Part shown: positions 1 to 8,533 of the stretch, one piece after another | How the letters are laid out: each line of letters opens with the position of its first letter | How positions within the stretch are numbered: the stretch's first letter is position 1 | Assembly (NCBI RefSeq): GCF_018398935.1 | Contig: NZ_CP074694.1 | Coordinates: 2,010,001-2,042,000 of the forward strand | Direction: 5' to 3' | DNA: 32,000 bases | From: Telmatocola sphagniphila | Lineage (GTDB): Bacteria > Planctomycetota > Planctomycetia > Gemmatales > Gemmataceae | Program-made: the position numbers and the translations under genes | Notes under the pieces: generated by a model | Databases searched by the model: none | Told to the model about the DNA's origin: nothing | The model's input: only the letters and a program-made list of their open reading frames with translations

Positions 1-93
1 GTGCGTTGGAAAAGTCGCACGAAAGTAATGCGAATTTTAGAGGATTTTTGCAGACAAAAATTTGATTTATTTCGAAAGAAATGTGCCGTCGCC

Positions 94-654
94 TTAATCG
101 CTATTAATTCGTCGGTATAACCACGCACGGCCAACCGCCCATAATCGGTCGGCCACGCCGCGCGTGATGCCCAGAGCATCTGCTGCTTCCTGATGCGTCA
201 ATCCGGCAAAGTAACGCAGCTTGATCAACTGGGCGGTTTGTGCGTCGCACTCAGACAGTTCAGTCAAAGCTTCGTCAATTGCCAGCAACTCGACGGAGCG
301 TTCGGATTCATCCGCGACGGCAAGCAGGTCAAAGTTCCGTCGCTGTCGATCTCCCCCTCTTTTGAGGGTGGCTTTACGGCGTGCGGATTCTACCAATATT
401 CGACGCATCGCTTCCGCCGCAGCTGCGAAAAAATGACCGCGATTACTCCAGTGGGAACTATCTGAAGTATCCACAAGGCGAATGTAGGCTTCGTGGACGA
501 GAGCCGTGGGATTGAGAGAATGCCCGCAAGCTTCACTCGCCATGCGGGAGGCCGCCAGTTTGCGCAGCTCTTCGTAGACCTGAGGCAATAACTCGACTGC
601 GGCCCGTTGATCGCCTTTAGCGGCTGCATCCAGAAGTATCGAAACGCTGCTCAT
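94..654 (-). CDS. ECF-type RNA polymerase sigma-70 factor (TIGR02999-like group)
   Basis: 186-aa ORF. The N-terminal DAAAKGDQRAAVELLPQVYEELRKLA...LNPTALVHEAYIRLVD matches region 2. The C-terminal LIKLRYFAGLTHQEAADALGITRGVADRLW matches the region 4 HTH. This layout is typical of the ECF group abundant in Planctomycetota and Acidobacteriota. Confidence 0.9.
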   Translation of the reverse strand: MSSVSILLDAAAKGDQRAAVELLPQVYEELRKLAASRMASEACGHSLNPTALVHEAYIRLVDTSDSSHWSNRGHFFAAAAEAMRRILVESARRKATLKRGGDRQRRNFDLLAVADESERSVELLAIDEALTELSECDAQTAQLIKLRYFAGLTHQEAADALGITRGVADRLWAVGRAWLYRRINSD

Positions 655-729
655 AGCCTATTCGTAATCATCCGAAGACATAAACAGGTGTCGAATTCAA
701 CCCATGTTGCGAAGAGAGACCCATGCTAA

Positions 730-847
730 CTCACAAGTTTCCCCGTGTAAATAATTTGTGAGTTTGATTAGTCGGGACTACGTTACTTCTTATGCATCAA
801 AATCAAACTTTTTATTAAAACCAATTTATTTATTGGAAACTTGTGAG
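730..847. repeat. Nested inverted repeats between the sigma-factor gene and the ISL3 end
   Basis: Perfect 13-bp arms: ctcacaagtttcc (730-742) and ggaaacttgtgag (835-847). Perfect inner 9-bp arms: agtttgatt (761-769) and aatcaaact (801-809). The intervening DNA is AT-rich. Confidence 0.7.
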
Positions 848-857
848 ATAATTTGAA

Positions 858-1177
858 TGGCTCATCCGTTTTTAGTTGTAAAGTTGAGTGAAAATGCTCT
901 AGATTTGGTTGACGAAGCCGCGAATCTCTGCAATGGTCGGCCCTATTTTTTTCGAGGCCCAATTCACGTCCAGAACGTACTCTCGTCCAGAGCGTAGTTA
1001 GACTCTGAATTCCATAACTTCGGCGTAGCACTACCCGAATCTTGGTATTGAGACCCTCCACTGGGCCGCTGCTTTTGCGTTCCTCGAAGTAGGCTAAAAT
1101 CCCGTCCCAATTATTCTTGAGCATCGTGATGAACGGCTCCCAATCCATCTCAGTCTCGCGGGCCTGACTGATCGCGT
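858..1177 (-). mobile_element. ISL3-family IS, 3' remnant (transposase C-terminus plus terminal inverted repeat)
   Basis: The ORF 783..1148 translation MDWEPFITMLKNNWDGILAYFEERKSSGPVEGLNTKIRVVLRRSYG matches the ISL3 transposase C-terminal motif (xGxxEGxNxKIKxxKRxxYG). A 1-nt frameshift after WTRV restores VLDVNWASKKIGPTIAEIRGFVNQI*, with its stop at 899-901. GG-initiated terminal sequence ggctcatccgtttttagttg begins at 858. The ORF extension below 858 is read-through into flanking DNA. Confidence 0.75.
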
Positions 1178-1828
1178 TTAAATTTCGGGGATATTGAGGA
1201 ATTCTTGAAGCATGAGTTCCCGCCGTTGATCACTGGCACAGGCGGCCAAGCGTTTCTTGTTTAGGGATTCTTTGCCGCTGGCATTAACTAATATACTTAG
1301 AGCCAATCGTTTCAGACGCGTGAAATTCTGAGGTCCATCGCCCTCTCGAACTCGGCTGTCGTCATCGCCAAACGTCACATCCAAATGCCAATGCAAACCG
1401 TTTTCTACACCCCAGTGATTGCGAACGGCCTGGGCGAAGACTTCCGCGGTCGCTTTCCGGCGGCTGATGTAATATCGAATTTCACTCGTGCTCCGACCTT
1501 TATCGCGGCGATCGGTTACCACAACCCCCACGCTCTTGAGTCCCTGCCAATCCTTCCGGGACGACAGGAATTTCAGATCCGAAAATACCCGGCAACCCCG
1601 GTACTCTTCCCGACCTTGATTCTTCTCGGTCGATTCGCACAACGTCGTCGCCACCTCCGTAAAACCCGACTCCAGATGCTTCTGAAAATGGGACGATATT
1701 TCCGCAGGCAAGCTCGGCTGATTTTCTTTCAGCGCCAAAAGGTAATCCGCTTTCCGCCGACGGATAGCCCGCGCGATTTCCTTCGGGCAGCCCATCGCGT
1801 CAATGGTCCCGATTGAACCGGCGAACCG
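1178..1828 (-). pseudogene. ISAs1-family transposase, N-terminally truncated fragment
   Basis: TIDAMGCPKEIARAIRRRKADYLLALKENQPSL ... IRYYISRRKATAEVFAQAVRNHWGVENGLHWHLDVTFGDDDSRVREG is the conserved ISAs1 (H-repeat associated) catalytic C-terminal half. The frame opens only at 1828, where IS66-derived sequence begins. Confidence 0.8.
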
Positions 1829-1829
1829 T

Positions 1830-2175
1830 CACGACGTGCCCCGATGGGCAGCGGACTTCGATCATCGTCGGGGACGGCTTTGTTGAATCGGAAGCGGTGG
1901 GAACTTCCGTGATCGGAACGAACGCGGGAGACGCCTCGGCCCCCCGACGCTTGAGTTCCCGTTGCCAGTAATAATAGGCCGCCTCGCTGATTCGATGCCG
2001 TTGACAGAAGGCTCGAATGGATTCGTTGCTGGAACGCTGATCTAAAATTCGTCTTCTTCCAAAATGCTTCCCGCTGGGGATCTCGAACACGACGCTTCGA
2101 CATGACTCCGACTCCTGAGGGTTAAAAACCTCCAGGATAACTCATCTGACAAGAACGGAGTTCACCAGCCGGATA
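1830..2175 (-). pseudogene. IS66-family left-end copy A: tnpA (orfA) with frameshift and truncated 3' end
   Basis: Near-identical at the nucleotide level to the intact copy at 10756-11184. The MSKRRVRDPQREAFWKKT start is retained (ORF 1729..2103). One extra A (acgaatttta versus acgattttg) shifts the frame, and the remainder reads in ORF 1800..2090. Homology stops after ...CPSGHVV at about 1830. The last 9 nt of the IS end are missing. Confidence 0.8.
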
Positions 2176-2571
2176 CAAAGAGGGCTCGAAAGGTCGATTC
2201 CTCGATACTGTGAACAGTCACAACGTGTCTCGACGGACAGCGAACTTCGATCATCGTCGGGACCGGCTTTGTTGAATCGGAAGCGGTGGGAACTACCGTG
2301 ATCGGAACGAACGCGGGAGACGCCTCGGCCTCCCGACGCTTCAGTTCCCGTTGCCAGAAATAGTAGGCGCCTCACTGACTCGATGCCGCTGACAGTAGGA
2401 TCGAATGGATTCGTTGCTGGAACGCCGATCCTGAATAGTCTGCTTCCAAAATGCTTCTAACTGGGGATCTCGGACACGACGCTTCGACATGACTCCGACT
2501 CCTGAGGGTTAAAAACCATCAGGATAAATCAACCGATAAGAAGGGAGTTCACCAGCCGGATACTCTTTTTC
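2176..2571 (-). pseudogene. IS66-family left-end copy B: degenerate tnpA plus complete IS terminus
   Basis: Aligns to 10790-11184 with multiple substitutions and frameshifts (ORF 2142..2375 is an out-of-frame reading). It shares the terminal string ggagttcacca(g/a)ccggatactctttttc with the copy ending at 11184. The sequences diverge immediately after 2571 and 11184. Confidence 0.75.
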
Positions 2572-4837
2572 GATCTAGAACTTCCCTCACCTTTGAGCCT
2601 AAAGTACTGGGCGTGAATGGTTTTTGAAGAAAATCCACTTCCTCTCTTTGAACACCGTGTCGAATCACCGCATCATCATTGTAGCCGGACACATAGATCA
2701 CAGGAAGATTCGGAAAGACTTTTATTACCCTTTCAAATATAGCACGTCCGCCCATTCCAGGCATCACAATATCGGTGATCAGTAAATCGATAGAAAATTG
2801 TTTTCTTGCAAGTATTTGATCCACCTGGGGACTATTCGCGGCTTCTACTACCGAGTAGCCATAGTTCATAAGAATCCGCTTTGTCAACGCTCGCACGGAA
2901 TCTTCATCTTCGACAATGAGAATTGTTTCCTTGCCTGGCACTAATTTCGAAGGACTTTTACTGGATATACTTGATATATTCTCATCTACACGGGGAAAGA
3001 ATATTTCAAAGGTAGTTCCTTTCCCGATTTCACTTATTACATTCAAAAAACTTCCGCTTTGTTTCACAATGCCGTAAACCGTTGCCAGTCCCAAACCAGT
3101 GCCTTTGCCAGGTGCTTTTGTCGTAAAAAAAGGCTCAAAGATCTTTCTTTTGATCTCGTCGGACATTCCAGTGCCACTATCCGAGACACTCAGTTTAACA
3201 AACTCACCTTCGCTTGCTTCAGCATAGTCTACTAATTGCTCTTGATTTAATTCAACATTCTGAGTCCGAATGACAAGTGAGCCGCCTGAGGGCATTGCAT
3301 CGCGGGCATTGACCACCAGATTCATGAGTACTTGCTCAAATTGTCCTTTATCGATTCGAATTGCCCAAAGTCCCACTTGTAAATTCTTCGAGAGCTCAAC
3401 ATCTTCACCAATCAATCTCTTGAGCATTTTTTCTAGATTAATTACGACCTCATTGATGATCAGAACTTTCGGAGAGAGAACTTGTTGGCGACTAAATGCC
3501 AGGAGTTGGCTGGTGAGACCCGCAGATCGTTCCCCGGCCGCATGAATTTCTTTCAAAAGTTCTCGCGATGGATCATTTTCGGGCATTTTGCTCAGAAGCA
3601 TGTCACTGTAACCAATGATTATCGTGAGAAGGTTGTTGAAATCGTGAGCCACTCCACCCGCGAGTTGACCGATTGCTTCCATTTTCTGCGATTGGTTTAA
3701 TTGTTGCTCCAGTTTTTTTCTTGCAGTAATATCGGATTGTACTCCCACGAAGTGCGTGGTTTTTCCTTGAGCATCTCTAATCGGGGATATCGATAACTCG
3801 ATCCAAAAAGAAGACCCATCCTTACGGTAATTAATCAGTTCCTCTTTGCAGTCAATACTGGAGAGAACGGCATTCCGTACGCGAGCAACCGCCGCTGGAT
3901 CCGTCTCATTCCCTTGCAAAAATCGACAATTTCTGCCCAGGACTTCGTCAACGGAATAACCTGTAATTTTCGAAAACGCCGGACTGGCAAAGACCACGGG
4001 ATTATCGGGAAGAGTCACATCCGAAATCAGCAATCCCTGAGTGGCTGCCTGGATGGCCCTATCCCGGAGTCGAAGCGCCTCTTGCGATTGAATGCGTTCA
4101 GTGATATCTCGAAAGAATCTGCATTCCGCAACGATCCGGTCGTGTATCCGTACGGCAAAAGAAGTAACTGAAACGGGGAAGCTCACTCCATTTTTTCGGA
4201 TTCTTACAGATTCAAAGGGCGGGATTTCGTCTCCCCTGAAGATGCTTTCGCTTCTGAGTCGAATTTCAGGGATTAGTTCTGGGGGCGCAAGCAGATAGCT
4301 AGAGTTCCCTATCATTTCCGCAGAGGAATAACCAAACATCTTTTCTGCCGAATTATTCCAGGAAAGAATATGGCCATTGGAGTCTACCGTCAGGATGGCG
4401 TCCACGGAGGAACTCACTACGGCGGCCAACTGGAGGGCTTGTTCTTCTGCCTGCCTACGCGCACTTCGATTTTCGGCCTCTCGCAGAGCTCTCTGAATAG
4501 ATGATGCCAGTCTAATCATGGAGGTTTTAAGTATAAAATCTTGAGCTCCCGCTTGCAACATTTCTACAGCGGACTCTTCACCCACTGTTCCGGAAACAAC
4601 AATAAAAGGCATATCGGGCGCGATCGATTTCGATATTTTCAGGAGCGCTTTCGCGTCGAATGAAACCAAGTTATAATCTGAAAGAATCGCATCCCATGGC
4701 TTTGCGGTTACCACCAATCTGAAATCTTCTATCGTATCGACGCGCTCGGCATAAACTACTAAATCTGCTCTGCGGAGAGCTAATAGCATAAGTTCGACAT
4801 CGTCCGGAGAATCTTCAATGAACAGAATCCGTATCAC
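2549..4837 (-). CDS. Hybrid sensor histidine kinase with LOV domain (REC-PAS-LOV-HisKA-HATPase_c-REC)
   Basis: 762 aa. N-terminal receiver ([10 protein letters not shown]...LSDYNL...VVSG). PAS. LOV ([31 protein letters not shown]...[11 protein letters not shown]...FVGVQSDIT). H-box [12 protein letters not shown]-box [11 protein letters not shown]-boxes DSGTGM and GTGLGLA. C-terminal receiver ([11 protein letters not shown]...DIVMPGMGG...LQKPF). The GTG start overlaps the upstream RR stop (GTGA). Confidence 0.92.
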   Translation of the reverse strand: MIRILFIEDSPDDVELMLLALRRADLVVYAERVDTIEDFRLVVTAKPWDAILSDYNLVSFDAKALLKISKSIAPDMPFIVVSGTVGEESAVEMLQAGAQDFILKTSMIRLASSIQRALREAENRSARRQAEEQALQLAAVVSSSVDAILTVDSNGHILSWNNSAEKMFGYSSAEMIGNSSYLLAPPELIPEIRLRSESIFRGDEIPPFESVRIRKNGVSFPVSVTSFAVRIHDRIVAECRFFRDITERIQSQEALRLRDRAIQAATQGLLISDVTLPDNPVVFASPAFSKITGYSVDEVLGRNCRFLQGNETDPAAVARVRNAVLSSIDCKEELINYRKDGSSFWIELSISPIRDAQGKTTHFVGVQSDITARKKLEQQLNQSQKMEAIGQLAGGVAHDFNNLLTIIIGYSDMLLSKMPENDPSRELLKEIHAAGERSAGLTSQLLAFSRQQVLSPKVLIINEVVINLEKMLKRLIGEDVELSKNLQVGLWAIRIDKGQFEQVLMNLVVNARDAMPSGGSLVIRTQNVELNQEQLVDYAEASEGEFVKLSVSDSGTGMSDEIKRKIFEPFFTTKAPGKGTGLGLATVYGIVKQSGSFLNVISEIGKGTTFEIFFPRVDENISSISSKSPSKLVPGKETILIVEDEDSVRALTKRILMNYGYSVVEAANSPQVDQILARKQFSIDLLITDIVMPGMGGRAIFERVIKVFPNLPVIYVSGYNDDAVIRHGVQREEVDFLQKPFTPSTLGSKVREVLDRKRVSGW

Positions 4838-5292
4838 GTCTTTCCGTCCTCTCGGTAAGAATCTGGCGGTGGTTCATTCAAAACTAACCAGTACATCTGC
4901 AGCTGCTTCACAGCTTCTACAAATTGATTAAAATCGACTGGCTTGCGAACATAGGAATTTGCACCGAGGTCGTAACTCCTGATCATATCCTCATCTTCCT
5001 TGGAAGAAGTCAAAATGACTACGGGTAGTCGACGAGTTCGGGGGTTGGCACGGATTCTCTTTAAAACTTCAAGTCCATCGAGTTTCCGTAGTTTGAGATC
5101 GAGTAGTATCAAAACGGGTAGAGGATTTTCTTTGCCGGTATAGGAGCCAGTGCTATTGAGGTAATCGAGCGATTCCACTCCGTCCCGAGCCACTATCACC
5201 TTATTTAGCAGTTTTCCTTTTTTTAAAGCCATTAATGCCAATTCTTCATCATCTTGATTATCCTCAACCAGCAATACCACTTTTTCGCTCAT
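4834..5292 (-). CDS. Single-domain response regulator (Rcp1/CheY-like, phytochrome-type partner)
   Basis: MSEKVVLLVEDNQDDEELALMALKK...LLDLKLRKLDG...VVILTSS...GANSYVRKPVDF...LNEPPP. I chose ATG 5292 because it has a GAGGAA SD about 6 nt upstream. The longer ORF to 5361 would overlap the upstream kinase. Confidence 0.9.
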   Translation of the reverse strand: MSEKVVLLVEDNQDDEELALMALKKGKLLNKVIVARDGVESLDYLNSTGSYTGKENPLPVLILLDLKLRKLDGLEVLKRIRANPRTRRLPVVILTSSKEDEDMIRSYDLGANSYVRKPVDFNQFVEAVKQLQMYWLVLNEPPPDSYREDGKT

Positions 5293-5306
5293 GCTCGATT
5301 CCTCTG

Positions 5307-6506
5307 TTACGATAGGGTAAAGTAAAATGACGCACCCTCCCCAACGACCGATTCGGCCCAAATTGTTCCGCCATGTCGGTGGATGATTCTCTTGACTGTG
5401 GCCAAGCCAATCCCGGTTCCTGTAAATTCCTGGTCCGAGTGCAATCTCTGAAAAGCTCCGAACAACTTGGACGCATAGGTCATGTCAAATCCAGAGCCGT
5501 TATCGCGGACAACAAAGGTAGCGGTGCCATTTTTTTTAATTTGGTCGAGAGCGACCTTGGATACCGCTTTTTTGGATGAGAATTTAAAGGCATTATCTAA
5601 AAGGTTCTGCAAGGCGATACGCATTAAATGCGCATCGCAGTAGGCTTGAAGCCCAGGTTGGACTTCAAATTCGATTGATCGCTTTGGTGCCTGCTCAACT
5701 AGTTCCTTACAGATACTATTTGCGAGCGAGGTCAGATCAACGATCTCTTTTCGTAGCTCCAGGCGTGTCACTTTGGACAACTTCAATAAATCGTCTATCA
5801 ACTGTCCCATTCTTTGGGTGTTTGCGCGCACGCGATTGAGGAAATGTCGACCATCTGGATCAAGCCGCTCAGCATATCTGATGATTAATTCTTGGCTAAA
5901 ACCGTCTATCGCTCGGAGGGGACTTCTGAGATCGTGACTCACCGAATAGCAAAACGCTTCTAACTCGCTGTTGGCGGAGGCCAGTTCCCGATTAGATTGT
6001 AATAGTTCCAAGTTAGATGTCTCAAGCTGAGCCGTTCTTTCCGCAACCTTACTTTCGAGTTCCGAATTAAGCCGTATCAAATCATTCTGCATTTGCCTTC
6101 GAAGAGTATTGTCTTGGATCGAAATCAAAATCATCGGATTTCCAGAGTTATCAAGAACTTTTCGGCCGCTGAGACTCAATACCCGAATGTTAGGGGAAGA
6201 GGGGGAAATCCAATCCAACTCAAAGTTTGAAAACATCTCCCCTTTCGGAACGACATTCTCGAGAAGACCTCTCAACTTGGGACAATCCCAGGTGTGACCC
6301 GCCAAAGTAAAGATGCTTAAACCTTTGACGCTTTGATGATCTAATTCAAGCATGTCAACGAATTTTGAGTTCGCTTCTACGACTTCAAACTGTTCATTCA
6401 ATATTACTAGGGGATTCGGAACCGTCTCCACAATACTTTTCGCAAAGTTACGCATGGCCTCCTCAAGGCTTTGGCGGGAATCGATTTCCAATGTGGTCAG
6501 AGACAT
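5307..6506 (-). CDS. PAS-domain sensor histidine kinase
   Basis: 399 aa. N-terminal PAS, coiled-coil linker, H-box FCYSVSHDLRSPLR, N-box NLLDNAFKF, DNGSGF, GTGIGLA. GAGGAA lies 6 nt upstream of the ATG. Confidence 0.92.
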   Translation of the reverse strand: MSLTTLEIDSRQSLEEAMRNFAKSIVETVPNPLVILNEQFEVVEANSKFVDMLELDHQSVKGLSIFTLAGHTWDCPKLRGLLENVVPKGEMFSNFELDWISPSSPNIRVLSLSGRKVLDNSGNPMILISIQDNTLRRQMQNDLIRLNSELESKVAERTAQLETSNLELLQSNRELASANSELEAFCYSVSHDLRSPLRAIDGFSQELIIRYAERLDPDGRHFLNRVRANTQRMGQLIDDLLKLSKVTRLELRKEIVDLTSLANSICKELVEQAPKRSIEFEVQPGLQAYCDAHLMRIALQNLLDNAFKFSSKKAVSKVALDQIKKNGTATFVVRDNGSGFDMTYASKLFGAFQRLHSDQEFTGTGIGLATVKRIIHRHGGTIWAESVVGEGASFYFTLS

Positions 6507-6977
6507 GGCAGATTCCTCATGAATTCTTCATAAAATCCAAAGCTTACTGTGGGAAAACCGAAATTGCTAGTGCTTTTATTGACTTTTTGATAAATCTTGG
6601 ACGTGACTATAGATCTCGTGGAGTACTTGAAATCTACTATTGTAAAGCAATTATTAGACATTTGTAATAAATTACGAATGTCCTAGCGATCTCGGAGCCA
6701 TCCAAGTTTCCCACCGCCTTGCCAAAAAGGCTAGTAGTAAGCTGACTCAAAGGGGTGCACATGATCCGGCTACGAGATTAATCCTAGACTTGTAAGTGCA
6801 AAATGACTTGCCCTTTTAAAAGGAGGAACAAACCTATAGCGGCCAAAAGAAAGCAATTATTGGGTGACTACTTTCACGATGAGTTTTATTGGCTTAATTC
6901 GAATATTTGCTTATGTGAATAAAAATCATTACAAATCTCTCAATTAGCGTCTCTCAGGCCCGGTATTTATTGGAAAA

Positions 6978-7346
6978 CTATTGTTCCAGTAATGCTTTGA
7001 CTTTCTCGAGTAGATCCTCTTGTTTGAAAGGTTTCTGAAGAATTTCAGTGGCGCCAAAATGAAGAGCCGTGGGAAGTAAATCCATCGTGCCATCAAATCC
7101 GCCTCCGCTAATCGCAAGAATTTTGACTTCGTCGAACTCTTTTTTCAAAACGCTGATAAGCTCGAGACCGTCTTTGTCCGGCATAAACACGTCGCATATC
7201 ACCAACTCCGCGTGACATGATCTATAGGATCGAAGGGCTTCGTAACCATCAGCCGCTTCCTCGATTTCCAGCCCCAGGGGCTCCAACATTCTTCGAATGG
7301 CAGATCTAAGTTTAGCCTCATCATCGACCAAAAGTATTCGCTTCAC
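6978..7346 (-). CDS. Stand-alone CheY-like response regulator
   Basis: 122 aa. ILLVDDE...VICDVFMPDKDG...ILAISG...LQKPF. GTG start. Confidence 0.85.
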   Translation of the reverse strand: MKRILLVDDEAKLRSAIRRMLEPLGLEIEEAADGYEALRSYRSCHAELVICDVFMPDKDGLELISVLKKEFDEVKILAISGGGFDGTMDLLPTALHFGATEILQKPFKQEDLLEKVKALLEQ

Positions 7347-7742
7347 GGAGTATATCGCTTCAAAAAATGTGTATAGGTTTGAATTAATTGCGTGTACGAA
7401 TTAACAAATTCTACAGACTTTCGAAGGGAAATTTAATAAAGATCGAATATTTTGTCATTTTTCAGCAGAAAAACTTCGCTCCTGATTATAGCCTTCCTAG
7501 TTTTGAGGGTATTCAAATAGCCTGCTGTCACGGGGAGCGATCTTATAAGGCAATACAAAAAGCCGCGCGAATCGGGCTAATTCCGCGTGATAAGACGCCA
7601 ATTCCAATCATTCAATCTTTTTTATACCACGCAATAAATTCCACCTAATCCTTCACTCAGCTGCACTTTTCTTGCCCGCTAGCGTCGTCAGTTTACCCGT
7701 AAAAGTATAGCCGCGGATAGCCGATTCGGTCACTTCGGGTTA

Positions 7743-8183
7743 CTACCATCTTCTCTGAGTGAGGGTACGATAAATACTCAACAGAATATTCTCCAATCTC
7801 TGGGCGCACCGGTTCGTCCGCGCCCGCGCCGCCAGATCGGTGATCCCCGTCTGAAGCTGCATTAATCGACTTTCGTAACTCACTTGTTGCAACTCATTGA
7901 AGCCGGCCGCCAAACGGAACGAATCGGCGTAAGTCCACCACTGTTTCAAGGAAAATTCCGGCCAATTCGCGCCGCTTTCAGGGCCTTCATCGACTTGGGT
8001 CAGATCCTGTAAAAGATGAGCCCCACACATCCGGCGCGGGCGGGGCAGGATGTCGTACGATTTCCAGAAGTCGCTTACTAGTGCTTACTTAGCGGCTTCC
8101 GTGAAGAAGACCCTCCATGTCTCACGCCCCCGCTTCGGGTCAATCCCTGTATAGTTTGCATCGTCGCAAGCGAAGCACCTCAG
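7743..8183 (-). pseudogene. IS66-family transposase (TnpC) C-terminal fragment with in-frame stop
   Basis: One frame reads ...ANYTGIDPKRGRETWRVFFTEAAK*ALVSDFWKSYDILPRPRRMCGAHLLQDL... This matches the IS66 TnpC pattern YxIDPSRG ... LVSDxWxxY ... QxCWAHLLRDL, with W to G and a TAA at 8085-8087. About two thirds of a full TnpC is missing. Confidence 0.55.
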
Positions 8184-8533
8184 TCAGGAAGTAACTCCGG
8201 TATTTCACCGAACATCAGAGCCGGAGATCTTCCCCCAAGTCATTCGCCGGTATTTACTTATCGCTGACGGCCATTTTGAGATATTGATCCAAATCGAAAG
8301 CGTGCTTGGGAAAAGGGAGCTTTCGCACTCCTTGCACCAGAGGTGACTTTCAACTCTTACTTTACCTTGCAAGAAGCATGATTCTGAACTAATTTTGTCT
8401 GGGCTGAGTATCGTGCCATCTTGATCCGAGTGAGTCAACCGATCCTGGCACTTAAATTTCAGGGGAAATCCTGGGGTATTTTATCCTCTCGCCACAAATC
8501 GTAGAGGATGAGTTAAGGAAATCGGCAAATCTA

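Noticed and set aside
1385-1816. 143-aa plus-strand ORF.
   Set aside because: It is antisense to the clearly ISAs1-like reading frame and has no motifs.
4834-5361. Extended N-termini of the two single-domain response regulators (ORFs 4834..5361 and 13085..13597).
   Set aside because: The extensions overlap the 3' ends of the upstream kinase genes and encode non-receiver sequence. Internal ATGs at 5292 and 13154 align with each other and with the receiver-domain start. One of them has a good SD.
7388-7648. 86-aa ORF in the AT-rich spacer upstream of the CheY-like gene.
   Set aside because: It has a low-complexity AT-rich translation, no RBS and no motif. It is likely promoter or intergenic DNA.
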